Assembly: GCF_035084215.1 (NCBI RefSeq)
Contig: NC_090338.1
Location: forward strand, 40,114,001 to 40,178,000
Length of the DNA: 64,000 bases
Direction of reading: 5' to 3'
Source: Heptranchias perlo
Lineage: Eukaryota
Shown: positions 24,301 to 36,298 of the stretch, one piece after another
How positions within the stretch are numbered: position 1 is the stretch's first letter
Layout: each line of letters starts with the position of its first letter
Notes under the pieces: model-generated
Database searches by the model: none
What the model was told of the DNA's origin: nothing
What the model saw: only the letters and a program-made list of their open reading frames with translations
Translations under genes and position numbers: made by a program

Positions 24301-25240
24301 GAAAGAGTGCAGAAAAGATTTACTAGGATGCTACCGAGACTTGATGGTTTGACTTATAGGGAGAGGTTGGATAGACTGAGACTTTTTTCCCTGGAGAGTA
24401 GGAGGTTAAGGGGTGATCTTATAGACATCTATAAAATAATGAGGGGCATAGATAAGATAGATAGTCAAAATCTTTTCCCAAAGGTAGGGGAGTCTATAAC
24501 GAGGGGCATAGATTTAAGGTGAGAGGGGAGAGATACAAAAGGGTCCAGAGGGGCAATTTTTTCACTCAAAGGGTGGTGAGTGTCTGGAACGAGCTGCCAG
24601 AGGCAGTAGTAGAGGCGGGTACAATTTTGTCTTTTAAAAAGCATTTGGACAGTTACATGGGTAAGATGGGTATAGAGGGATATGGGCCAAGTGCAGGCAA
24701 TTGGGACTAGCTTAGTGTTATAAACTGGGCGACATGGACATGTTGGGCCGAAGGGCCTGTTTCTATGTTGTAAACTTCTATGATTCTATGATTCTATATT
24801 GTCGGGGCCCATAGCTTTTGCTGTATCCAGTGCGTTCAGCCGTTTCTTGATATCATGTGGAGTGAATCGAATTGGCTGAAGACTGGCTTCTGTGATGGTG
24901 GGTATATCAAGAGGAGACCGAGATGGATCATCCACTCGGCACTTCTGGCTGAAGATGGTTGCAAACGCTTCAGCCTTGTGTTTTGCACTCACGTGCTGGA
25001 CTCCGCTATGATTGAGGATGGGGATGTTTGCAGAGCCTCCTCCTACCGTTAATTGTTTCATTGTCCACCACTGGATGTGGCAGGACTGCAGAGCTTTGAT
25101 CTGATCCATTGGTTGTATTTTAATTCCAGATTTTTATTTAATTAATTGAATTTAAATTCCCCGGCTACCGTGGCAGGAAGTGAACTCATGACTCCGGATT
25201 ATTAGTCCGGGCCTCTGGCACATAACCACTATGCTACCGT
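21371..25240 (-). mobile_element. tRNA-headed LINE copy 2 (3' end to 5' head; endonuclease deleted; CR1 inserted at 22867-24797)
   Basis: RT ORF 21923-22666 (FADD), 3' end ..CCCACATCCCATGAACGAA, linker 24798-25115, head 25116-25240 matching 2186-2341. Confidence 0.92.
22867..24797 (+). mobile_element. Young CR1 LINE, 5'-truncated, nested in LINE copy 2
   Basis: RT open from ~22867 to a frameshift near 24505, (ATTCTATG)n tail. The host LINE resumes at TTGTCGGGGCCC. Confidence 0.97.
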
Positions 25241-25605
25241 ACCCATTTGGAGACCGGACAACAAAGATAGGCAGTGGACTTTTTCTAAAAGAGAATTTAT
25301 TTTTCTTAATTTATAAATATTGTCCTGCTCTGTGTTGTGGGGCTTCTGGCAGTTTAGTGTTAAATGTGTATCTGGTGCCACTCTATCTGGTGGGGGAATT
25401 GGACGTAGCTATGCTCTCATGAGGAATGCTCATCAAGGGGTGGAATTTCCTCTGGGGGTGTAATTGGGAACTTATATCCGAAATTATGCCCATTCATGCA
25501 ACCATTTTGCCGATATCAATTTACACCTAAATTCCTGCAAATCTCAACAGGATACGCCGGAACGTAAGATTCAGTGTAAACAAGCAGAAATAATGTAAAC
25601 AATTA

Positions 25606-25848
25606 CGGGGTGATTTTAACCCCGAAGAACTGGTGGGTTGGGAGCGGGTGGGAGTTGAAAATAGTTGTTTTTTTGGGTCGCAACTGCAAAATTTTCAGAC
25701 TTTGCATTCCCAGTGGGAAGCCTGTACTTTTATGCACCCAAGTTAAACCTGGAAATAAAGCCGGGTTGCGGTCGCGACCCAAAAAACAACTTTTTTCAAC
25801 TCCCACCCGCCCCCAACCCACCCGTTGTTGGGGGTTAAAATCACCCCC
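25606..25848. mobile_element. Hairpin MITE with ~75-80-bp TIRs (Harbinger-type)
   Basis: GGGGTGATTTTAACCCC..GGGTGGGAGTTGAAA..GTTGTTTTTTTGGGTCGC versus its reverse complement at 25772-25848, TSD TTA. Confidence 0.88.
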
Positions 25849-26176
25849 TTAGCGTCTGAGGAAAATGTGGACCTCATAACCATATAATCCTTTATTAAAT
25901 ATGAAAATTAAAGTTTCAAGCCATCTAAGTATCAGTCATGCCCATTAAGCACAGCATGTTTAACTACATCTTAAAAGCTTTTCAGCTTTAAATGTGACTC
26001 ATACTGAAGCCATAAAAATGCATTTAAAGAAACAGAAAATACAATGCAGGTATCAGTGAGGATAAATTTTTAAAAAATTAAATCATGATAAAACACCAAC
26101 AAAATGAGTTTGTTTCCTGCTTCTCCTAAAATTATGGCCTTAGTTTTATCCCCATTTTGAACCAGTGTAACTCAAA

Positions 26177-27792
26177 TCATAGAGAGGCTACAGCATGGAA
26201 GGAGGCCATTCGCCCCATCGAGTCCATGCCGGCTCTATGCAAGAGCAATCCAGCTAGTCCCACTCCCCCACCCTATCCCTGTAGCCCTGCAATTTTTTTC
26301 CATTCAAGTACTTATCCAGTTCCCTTTTGAAAGCCATGATTGAATCTGCCTCCACCACCCCTTCTGGCAGTGCATTCCAGATCCTAACCACTCGCTGCAT
26401 AAAAAAGTTTATCCTCATGTCACCTTTGGTTCTTTTGCCAATCACCTTAAATCTATGTTCTCAGGTTCTTGACCCTTCTGCCAGTGGGAACAGTTTCTCT
26501 CTATCTATTCTGTCTAGATCCTTCATGAGCTTAAATACCTCTATCAAATCACTTTTCAATCTTCTTTGTTCCAAGGAGAACAACCCCAGCTTCTCCAGTC
26601 TATCCATGTAACTAAAGTCCCTCAACCCTGGAATTATTCTAGTAAATCTTTTCTGCATCCTCTCTAAGTCCTTCACATCTTTCCTAAAGTGCTGTGCCCA
26701 AGAACTGGACACAGTACTTCAAGGTTCATTGTGACATCCTTGCTTTTGTACTCTATGCCTCTATTTATAAAGCTCAGGATACCGTATGCTTTTTTAACCG
26801 CTTTCTCAGCCTGCCCTGCTACCTTCAACGACTTGTGAACATATACCCCCAGATCTCTCTGTTTCTGTACCCCTTTTAGAATTGTGCCCTCTAGTTTATA
26901 TTGCCCCTCCTCATTCTTCCTACCGAAATGTATCACTTCGCATTTTTCTGCATTAAATTTCAACTGCCACGTGTCCGCCCATTTCACCAGCCTGTCTATA
27001 TCCGCTTGAAGTCCATCACTATCCTCCTCACTGGTCACTACACTTCCAAGTTTTGTGTCATCTGCAAATTTGGAAATTGTGCCCTGTACACCCAAGTCCA
27101 AGTCATTAATATATATCAAGAAAAGCAGTGGTCCTACTATCGATCCCTGGGGAACACCACTGTACACCTCCCTCCAGTCCGAAAAACAACTGTTCACCAC
27201 TACTCTCTGCTTCCTGTCACTTAGCCAATTTTGTATCCATGCTGCTACTGACCCCTTTATTCCATGGGCTTCAATTTTGATGACAAGCCTATTATGTGAC
27301 ACTTTGTCAAAAGCCTTTTGAAAGTCCATATACACCACATCAACCACATTGCCCTCATCTACCCTCTCTGTTACCACATCAGAAAACTCTATCAAGTTAG
27401 TTAAACACGATTTGCCTTTAACAAATCCATGCTGGTTTTCCCTAATCAATCCACACTTGTCCAAGTTACTGCTAATTCTGCCCCGGATTATCGTTTCTGA
27501 AAGTTACCCCATCACCGAGTTTAAACTGACTGGCCTTTTATCCTGGGTTTATCCTTACACATTTGCAATTCTCCAGTCCTCTGGCATTACCCCCATATCT
27601 ACGGATGTTTGGGAGATTGTGGCCAGTACCTCCACAATTTCCACCCTTACTTCCCTCAGCAACCTAGGATGCATCCCATCCGGACCGGGTGACTTATCTA
27701 CTTGAAGTACAGGTAGCCTTTCTAGTACCTTCTCTTTATCAATTTTTAGCTCATCCAGTATCTCAACTACACCTTCCTTTACTGAGACTCTA
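26177..27792 (-). mobile_element. CR1 LINE, 5'-truncated (same subfamily as 12517-14246)
   Basis: ORFs 27555-27827, 26673-27464 (FADD), 26461-26712 and 26254-26445. Confidence 0.96.
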
Positions 27793-28509
27793 ATTGCAGG
27801 AAATTCACTCGTACGGCTATTTAGCATGGGGGTGGAGCAATTATACTGAGCAAAGATATGTTCGGACGCGAGGATCGATAAATTGGAGTAAAAGCTCGAG
27901 GAGGTTTGTGCGTAACGTAATTACTTGCTTAACACACTTGTGCCTGAGTTTGCTTGATGCCTTGATTATTTGCTTTATGCCTTAATTCTGTTGTCTCTGG
28001 GTGCAAATACACCGGAACCCCCCCTCCCCAAATTCTTGCCAGTGGTGGCAAGTATATGCATCGTTGTCCCTGGTAATGTTATGGCAGACTTAATTTTAGT
28101 ATCAGACTTCACCAATCTTAAGTTCACAAGGTACTGAATTTCGGTGTTTATGAAACTGGTGTCTAAATAAATCTGAATCCTAAAAATATTCTACCTGCGA
28201 GTATGGAAAATTGCTTTATTTCCAATATTTGTAAGAATACGAAAATAAGGTGCGATGTGCAAGTACTATTGGTGCCAGCCAGCGTATTGGAAATGTTGTA
28301 TTTCAGACTTATTTACGATTCCCTTTATGAAATGCTAAGTTTGTTTAAGTTTCTGATTGTTGAAAATAAATCATAGCTCAGTTGTCATACTGTTGCAGCA
28401 CTGATATTCTGCCAAATGTTCTTGAAAATCATTATCCTAACGAAGATTGCTAGCACCATTCATGAGGTAACTGTCATGTTTTTGGCTTACCGTTCCTTCT
28501 CTAGTCTTT

Positions 28510-28868
28510 CATACAAAATTCTAACAGGACTCGACAGACTAGATGCAGGGAGGATGTTCCCGATGGCTGGGGAGTCCAGAACCAGGGGTCACAGTCTCAG
28601 GATACGGGGTATGCCATTTAGAACCGAGATGAGGAGAAATTTCTTCACTCAGAGGGTGGTGAACCTGTGGAATTCTCTACCACAGAAGGCAGTGGAAGCC
28701 AAGTCATTAGATGTATTCAAGAAGGAGATAGATATATTTCTTAATGTTAAAGGGATCAAGGGATATGGGGAAAAAGCGGAAACAGGGTACTGAGTTAGAC
28801 GATCAGCCATGATCATTTTGAATGGCGGAGCAGGCCCGAAGGCTCCTATTTTCTTTGTTTCTATGTTT
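28510..28868 (+). mobile_element. CR1 3' fragment
   Basis: YKILTGLDRLDAGRMFP..RRNFFTQRVVNLWNSLP, with 3' UTR. Confidence 0.92.
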
Positions 28869-29439
28869 GATATCTATCACCTTCATTTGACATTTAGCTA
28901 AAGCAGCATGTTGCCATTTAGAGGTTTATTTTTATGATAATAAAGTTAGAGCTTGTAGAGTTATTTGTTTGACAGTAAAATTAATGTTTTAAATGGATTT
29001 GCATATATACTTGTACAATTAGAGAAAATTAAGATTTAAATTATATAAATGAATGGCAAGATACAGCAGATATAATGTTTGGTCAGTAAATCTGTGATGG
29101 TAAGTTGCGATTATTCAATTCTGGCATTGCCCTGAAAATACATTTGCAATTTGACCTCATGGCTAGCTAGTAGTTTCTGTCACTTAACGTCTTCGATATG
29201 CTGTTCTGAATTTTAGATTCACAAGTGTATGAGCTAAAGTACTTTTGGTTCAGAATAAAACTGCCATTATGTTGCACTTTTTTGTTATTTATGTGATCAC
29301 ACAGACTAGTTGTAACCTTTAGTTATATTATACAACATTAGTATCAGCTGAATCTGCACAAATAAAGAATCGACTGTAGTACTGCCATTTGAGAGTTTAT
29401 TAGCATTAGATATATTTGCAAAGAAATATGTAGTACTTT

Positions 29440-30100
29440 TAACCCCCTGAGACATAGATTAGCTTGCTCTGTCAAAACAGTTGATCTGATAGCAATACAG
29501 GAGACCGAAGTTGGAGGACCAGAGAGCATGGTATGGGTTTAGGGCTGGAGAGGTTGCAATTTGTAGATTGTGTGGTGTTATAGAGGCATTTGTAAATGAG
29601 GTTGAGGATTCTGAGTTTGATATATTAGGGGACAGGAAACCAATGGGATGATGGGTGGAACAGGATGCAGGCAGAAGAGTGTTGGACTAATTGGATTTTG
29701 TGTAGGTTAAAGCTTGAGAGGATGGCAAGAAGGACATGGGAAAAGTCAAGTCTAAGGTAATAAAAGCTGGGATAAGGGTTTCAATGTTAGAGCTGAGATA
29801 TGAGTTAGGCAGGCAATACTGCGGAGATGGAAACAAAATCGGGTGGGGTATAAAATGGGCGGCTGATCCGCTACTACACATTTTCCGCCTTGCAGTAAAA
29901 GTGAAAATTCACCCATGGTGTCTGACAGTCTGACAACACAAATGTGGTTGTGGAGTCAAGGGTGGTCGTGAAGAGTTAGAGTTGAGTATTGTCAGCATAT
30001 AAATATATAAACTAACTATATGCCTAAAGATAATGTCGTTGAGGGACAATATGTAAACAAAAAATAGGAGGGGATGAAGGATGGAACCTATAGACCAAGC
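29440..30100 (-). mobile_element. Degenerate L2 RT fragment (with MITE piece inside)
   Basis: Minus-strand remnants resembling GSILHPLLF, YADNTQL, ETLIPAFIT.RLD and QNTLLP. Confidence 0.65.
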
Positions 30101-30117
30101 TTGTGCAGAAAAAAAGC

Positions 30118-30378
30118 CATAGAACCATAGAAGCTTGCAGGAGGCCATGTGGCCCATTGTGTCTGTGCTGGCTCTTTGCTGCAGCTAACAAAAATAGGAT
30201 GGGGGAATTGCAAGGATTTGTAGACAAGGGTGAGAAATGTAAAACATGATGTGCCTTTAACAAATCCATGCATGCTGTCCTAAATTATACTGTGTATCTC
30301 TAAATGTTCATTAATTTTATTTTGAATTATGAGTTTGCCCACAACTGACATTAAACTAACTGTCTATAGTTACCCACT
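30118..30378 (-). mobile_element. CR1 remnants (3' tail + HGFVKG segment)
   Basis: CATAGAACCATAGAA tail on plus, and MHGFVKGTSCF. Confidence 0.6.
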
Positions 30379-31649
30379 TTACAGTAGCATAGGCAGGATT
30401 TTTTGATGGGGAGGTGTTTGGACATGAGCTTGCCAGACCGAACAAAACTGCTTCAAAAAGTCTTTTTTTAAATAGGAATTTCGCAATAAGGTTCAAATAG
30501 AAAGATTATAACACCTATTAATCTAACAATTCAAATAAAGCAAATGAAAAGAATAAAGTAGTCTTGTCGGACAAAAACCCTGAAGCACAAAGTTCACGCA
30601 CGAGTTATATGTCGCTAGTCTAGCAATAACTTTGCTACTATTCACTGCAATATCCCGGTGAATGTTTAGAGGTGCAAGCCCAACTAATCATGTTTTACTG
30701 GTTGAATTGAGGAACTGACTACCTCTGGAAGAACATCTGTTGTTTCTGTGTTTTATCAAGTGATCTTTCAAAAGAAGCAGTGATCCGACTTTTTAAGAAA
30801 TCATAGAAATTTCGGGAGGTGTTTGAAAACCCTGAAGACCCGTCCCCCACACCTACACCACTGCCAGTTTATCCTTCTCACCTTTCTTGAACAGAGCATT
30901 GACTACTCTCCAACTCCCTCGCACATTTTGCATAATTAAGAAGAATTTAAAAATTGTAGTTAGAGACTTTGCAATCTTCTCTTCCCCACTCCTTTCCCAT
31001 CCCGATTTGGTCAATTACAACTTTAAGTTGCAGGCGGCAAGGAGACCCACCTGAAGCCATCTGGGTCATTTTAAATATGCAGATAGGGCTCCGATGACAT
31101 CATTAGGGCACGATCTGCTATGTTAACCTGAGGCCTCAGCAGAGGAGCTCTGGTGACTTCCCCGCTTGACCAAAACTGCCGGGAACAGCAGCCCGAGCCA
31201 GAAGAGTATCAAGGGATCATTGCTTGTTGCTCATTTATCAACATCATCAGAAAGCCTGGTTTGGAATGGACACATGTTGCCAGGCCCTCCAAGAGGCAAG
31301 ATTCTGCTTTGCACCAGTGATTTCATACCAGTATTTCCAAATCTGGTGTTGTGAAAATATTTTCTTTATATTTCTCCATATGCATACATAGCTGAGAATG
31401 ATCAAAACAAGCATAGGAGTAATTAAATGTTACGATGCTTTTTAATTAAGGTATGTATATAGACATGAATTCACCAAAGAAATATCAAGAAAAATCTTGT
31501 AGTATGTAAGGATTGTAACATTATTAAAATCTCGCTTCTGCATCTGAGAAAGTGGACAGTAAGAGATCTGCGATGTGATTGAAGCATTCCCTGAGCCTTT
31601 TGAAGGTTGTGAAGACTGTGGACTTCAAAGCCTGACTGGCACTATTTTG

Positions 31650-34600
31650 AGCTTAGTTAAAAGCTGCAGGAGCTGGTGACACGGTCTGAGGTGGCTGCAG
31701 TAACCATAGAGGTAACCACACGCTCCATGGTAGATTGAAGAGTGCTAATGCCTTTAACTGAATACCACACAAGCTGGAAGCAGTCTGGAACCATGGCGGG
31801 CATTGGTTGAGGGGGTGGTGAGGGAGCAGGTGTGATGTCATTCTGAGTGACATGGGGCACGATTTTAACTTTGAAGTCCGGGCGGGGTGGGGCAAAGAAA
31901 ATCAGGATTTTCTGGAGCGGGAAGGAATCCCGGCTCCAACCTGCCGAAAAACGCGCATGACCTGGAGCTATCTTGGTGCGCACGCTGTTCCCGAACCCAG
32001 AAGTCCTACCGGCAATTAAAATTGGCGGGATGATATTTAAACCAGCAATTCGAGTATTTGAAGTACTTGAAATGTGCATAAATTTAATTAACAATGATTG
32101 CAAGCAATTTTAACGCTGCCTCAACGCGTTTCCCATGCTGTGTGAAGCATAGCAGCGGAAACTCGGCGGGTTGCAGCCGGCAGCTATTTGGACATTTAAA
32201 TCCCTGTTTGATAAATGGGGATTAAAGATGAGTTATTGCAGCAGGGCACTCAGTTCTCTCAGACAAACTTTTGGCTGGGAGTTCTTTGTGTTTAGACTGA
32301 AAATTCATGGTTTACACTCAGAATTGTTCTGTTTACACATATTTACCTACTTTTTGGACCCCCTCAAACTGACGACATCAGGATGATGGGCGCAATGGCT
32401 GCATTTAGCAGTACATCTGAGTTCCCCCTCTTGCAGCTCCACAACACAGAGGTGCGCCACAGGCACCTGCACAAGAGCACAGAGGGGAACAACAGAGGGA
32501 CCGATGTCGCAGGAGACAATACCCTCATGAGAGGGTCTACAGACCGAGGCTGAGCTTCCTGGACCTCTCTGAGGAACAGTGCCAACGGAGGCTGAGAGTG
32601 AGTCGCCAGGTGGTCACAGACATCTGCAGCCTCCTTCATGCTGAGCTGCTCCCGGCTGGGCCTGGTGGCATTGCATTGCTGGTCGTAGTTAAAGTGACCA
32701 CTGCCCTTAACTTCTTTGCCTCCGGATCATTCCAGGGCGCCAACGGTGACATCGCTCCACCTGCGCCTGTGCAGGGGCAGATTCGGTCAACTGGAGAGGA
32801 GGCAGCATTGCGGTTATTAGATGAGAGGTGGGCAACGGGTGAGACGTGGGAGCACTTTGAATGGCGTCCCCTTTCGCCATGTCTCCTTTCGCCATCATCC
32901 CTCCCCTGGGCCAGGCCCACATCACTCCTACCACCCTGCTGGAGAACAGTTTGGAGGACATGTATAATGCCTTGCTAGCCTTGTTGTAAAGTTTCTGGCT
33001 GCCTGTTTAAGGCGGTAGAATGTTGCTCACCCTGAGTCCGGACGGCTGTTGTCAGGGCCTGAATGGACTCATTTGTGAGCCGTGCTTGTAGCTCAATGGA
33101 GGCTAGCCTTCTCTCAATCGCAGACATTGTCGCACTTACCTGCGCCACCATTCCACTCATGCAGGAGTTGGACTCCTCCATCCTCTGCACTGTGGAGAGT
33201 GTGCGTGGCACCTCTTCTAGTACCTCGCAAATGTGCTGCTGCCTCTTGACCATTCTCCTTTTAAAGGATGGCCCCCAAGGTTCAGCATCTGCATCCAGCT
33301 GAGCAGAGCCTGGAGAGGAGTGTGCCCACCTTGTACACTTATGCAATCATTGAATGAGCTTGGTGGAAGAGTACAGCTGTGTTATCAGCCACAAGGACAG
33401 CAACACCATCCATGCCTGTTCCACACCTACTCCACTAATAGGCAATGTCTTAACACACCCACTGATCTGCAACAGAACAGATCCAGTGAGAGCACTGAGC
33501 TTATTGAATCCCCTTTTAATGGTTGTTTCAACATGATTTCCCAGCCTTTTCAAGGAGGATGGGACAGAGCAACCCAAGCCCTGCATAGCAACAGCACGAG
33601 CATTCTAAAGAGATGCTATGAACGGCATTCTGGCTCTGTCATGAGGGGAGGGACTTTCTGCTGTGGCTGACTCTGGAGTTGCCATGTGCTGCATGGTGGA
33701 CTTCAGAAATTTTATCCCATGCATCAGAACACCACACATGTGGATTGTGTATCCTCCACAGTTGCTGATGTGGTGAAAGGTCCTAGGCGTACACTCTAAT
33801 AACTGCAGCTTAGTAAGCACCCTTCTTTTAAAAGCAAAGTCCCTTAGATCAACATCTATACCTAATCAGCCGAGAATAGATGTGACATCTGGTTTCTGTT
33901 CCTCTTCATCTGCTTCTTCTCATTCATGCTTTGTTTAGCATTCAGTGCACTCTCCTCAAATTCACTGACAAATCCTGCAGGGTAATGTTCTTGAGCCAGG
34001 ACTTTGCAGAGTTCGAGGGAATGACAGTGATTGTTCCTGTGTTCCTGCATTCTTGCAGCAACAACTCTCTGGCTCCTGTTCTGTTTCATGTCCCATTCGT
34101 CAAAAAAGAGAAGAGAAACAAGTGTTACAGTGCTGCTTTGATGGCAACTTAGTTTACTTTCTGCAGAATGACTGAAAAGAGATCGATCTTCAATGTCTGC
34201 TTTGGTTCCAGTAAGGCTTGAGTGAGTAAATAAATAGGCTAAGAAAAAGAGAGCAGCAAATGTTGAGCACAAACCTGAATTGGGGTCTGATATTCTGCAT
34301 CCCCATCCTATACTTCCTTCATATTCTCCATGCATTAGGTCTCTTCGACTGACTCTTTAACAGGTGTAAGGAGATAGAGGTTGGGAGTCTTCCTCCTGTG
34401 TGGTTTCTGTCTTTCTTATTATATGCAGTTTTCTCTTTCAAAAACAAGAGAAGGAATTGAATTATTGATGTTGGCAGAAGGACAGTCATATCATCCTCCT
34501 GCCCATAGTGGATATGATTGTAGGAATAAGCACATTCTATTACAGAAGTTGTCAGGGGCAACAGCAGTTCAGGATGTCAGGCAAAAGTGAGATGCAGCAA

Positions 34601-34900
34601 AGTCTTCTCTATTACATAACGGAAAAATATGGGAAGCTTTCAAGTTAGTTAATACTGTGGATGCGAGGGTACTGCTCATGGACTTCATAATTGATACATT
34701 GCATTAATGTGTAATTTGGATGGGGATACATTGAAACTTCATGAAACTTTTTCCAACATTGCAGCCAGGTCCTCAGAACAACATTGAATTGGTTTACCAC
34801 CGCCTGCCAGGCATCCTGACCCATTCAGTGTGAGCACCTACAGAGAATAGGACCTCCTTCCTTTGCTGCACTTGCTCCGATATAATTTCCACAATGTCAT
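31650..34900 (-). mobile_element. Old Harbinger-type element, Myb/SANT partner gene remnants
   Basis: Minus-strand WQAVVNQFNVVLRTWLQCWKKF (~34740-34815), KEKTAYNKKDRNHTGGRLP (~34385-34445), and Ser/Thr/Pro-rich downstream fragments. Confidence 0.5.
31854..33345. mobile_element. PIF/Harbinger internal-deletion derivative (transposase N-term +, Myb-protein C-term -)
   Basis: Left TIR-like GGGGCACGATTTT. Plus strand YRPRLSFLDLSEEQCQRRLRVSRQVVTDICSLL..VKVTTALNFFASGSFQ (HARBI1-like HTH), and coiled-coil ORF 32975-33346 on minus. Confidence 0.8.
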
Positions 34901-36298
34901 TTGAAAAGCAAAGCTCTTCCCATAATTGTAGACTTGGTTGTGTAGTCACATTCCACCTTTGTGAGCTTTCTCAACTCCTGCAACAGTGCCCCTTTCAACG
35001 ACTGCTGGTCTTTCAGTGCTGCAGCATCATGTGATTTAAATGATGAGCTGCCAATCCCAGGTGTGACTCACACTTGCAGCTTGCTTATAATATTTAATTA
35101 GGCTGAACCAAGAAACTCAGGTGGGTGCTATTCTGCTGTGCCTGCCTCCAACACCTGAAGCAAAGATTGGCCCCCTTGTGTCTTATGAAAAGAAGGTTGT
35201 ATATTTTACAACTAGCCTCATTTGTTTGTCGATTGCATCCTGCTTTATTGTCAGCTAGGTGGGTGCCAGTCCCGAGATGTGTCCAAAGGCCATTCCACAT
35301 GACCAGTACTTTCTTTTTGGGGTAGCCTGAGCCAAGATAGCTGGAGTACAGCTACTTTTTGTAATCTGTAGTAATCTGTTTGATTTAACTGCTGAGCGAA
35401 ATTAATTTTGACATAACTATACTAACCTCTGCTCATTGCAGACAGATAAGGCCGACCGATTCCCTGACAGTTATTACTGTGGGAGAGTTAACTTGGGCAC
35501 ATTAAGTGTACTGAATTAAAAAAAAGGGAAGTAATCACCATCAGGTGCAACAGTCATAATTCTATGACCGAAGAAGCAATACGTGTTCTAGAATTCCTCC
35601 CTCCCTCCACTATGGACGAATCTGATGGGTGACACTAATCTGTACAAGCATAATCCTGTTGTAGTGTTCAAGGCTCCAAATTTCTAACATTAAAAATGTT
35701 TCAACTATTTAGTTTTATATATGTTAACATACCCTTGTTCTCACTTTAAAAAAATATTGTTTGCAGTTAGCGCAGCAGTAAATTGATTTAATATATAAAA
35801 TAATGTATTTTGTTAACATTTAAATTTTTCAGATTTGTGTGAAGGATATTTTCTTATCCTTCCTAAGTGTCATAAAGACAATAGGACTAAACAATCTCGT
35901 CGCTAAGGCATGCTGAGCTGGCTGAAGGGCTGAAGGTGGCTGCCTGAGAGGGCATTCTTTTCAGTTAAAGAAGACCATGTGGATTCTAGTCAAAGTCTTT
36001 TGAAGGGGCAGATAGCCCTCTGATTTTTACCAGTTATTTCATGTACTTTATGTTATGTGGAATATAACCTTTATTTGAAGAATGGTGCCTACTACATACA
36101 AAGTTGAGTAATCTTATCAGTATATATTTAAAGTTTAAATACTAAATATTAGCGATTGCTTCAAAACACTAGAAAAAAAATTATTCCAAGATTGCAAAAT
36201 GTTTAGAAGTAACATAAGGAACTACTTCCTAATGTTAATGTGATGATGAAATAACTTCATGTGGAGTAATTTCACTTCATTTGGAAAAGCAGAGAATT

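Noticed and set aside
22717-24522. 601-aa ORF as a novel fusion protein
   Set aside because: The first ~50 codons are antisense sequence of the host LINE that happens to be in frame with a 5'-truncated CR1 RT.
33862-34335. 157-aa ORF as host gene
   Set aside because: Lies within decayed Harbinger Myb-gene remnants and has no recognisable domain.
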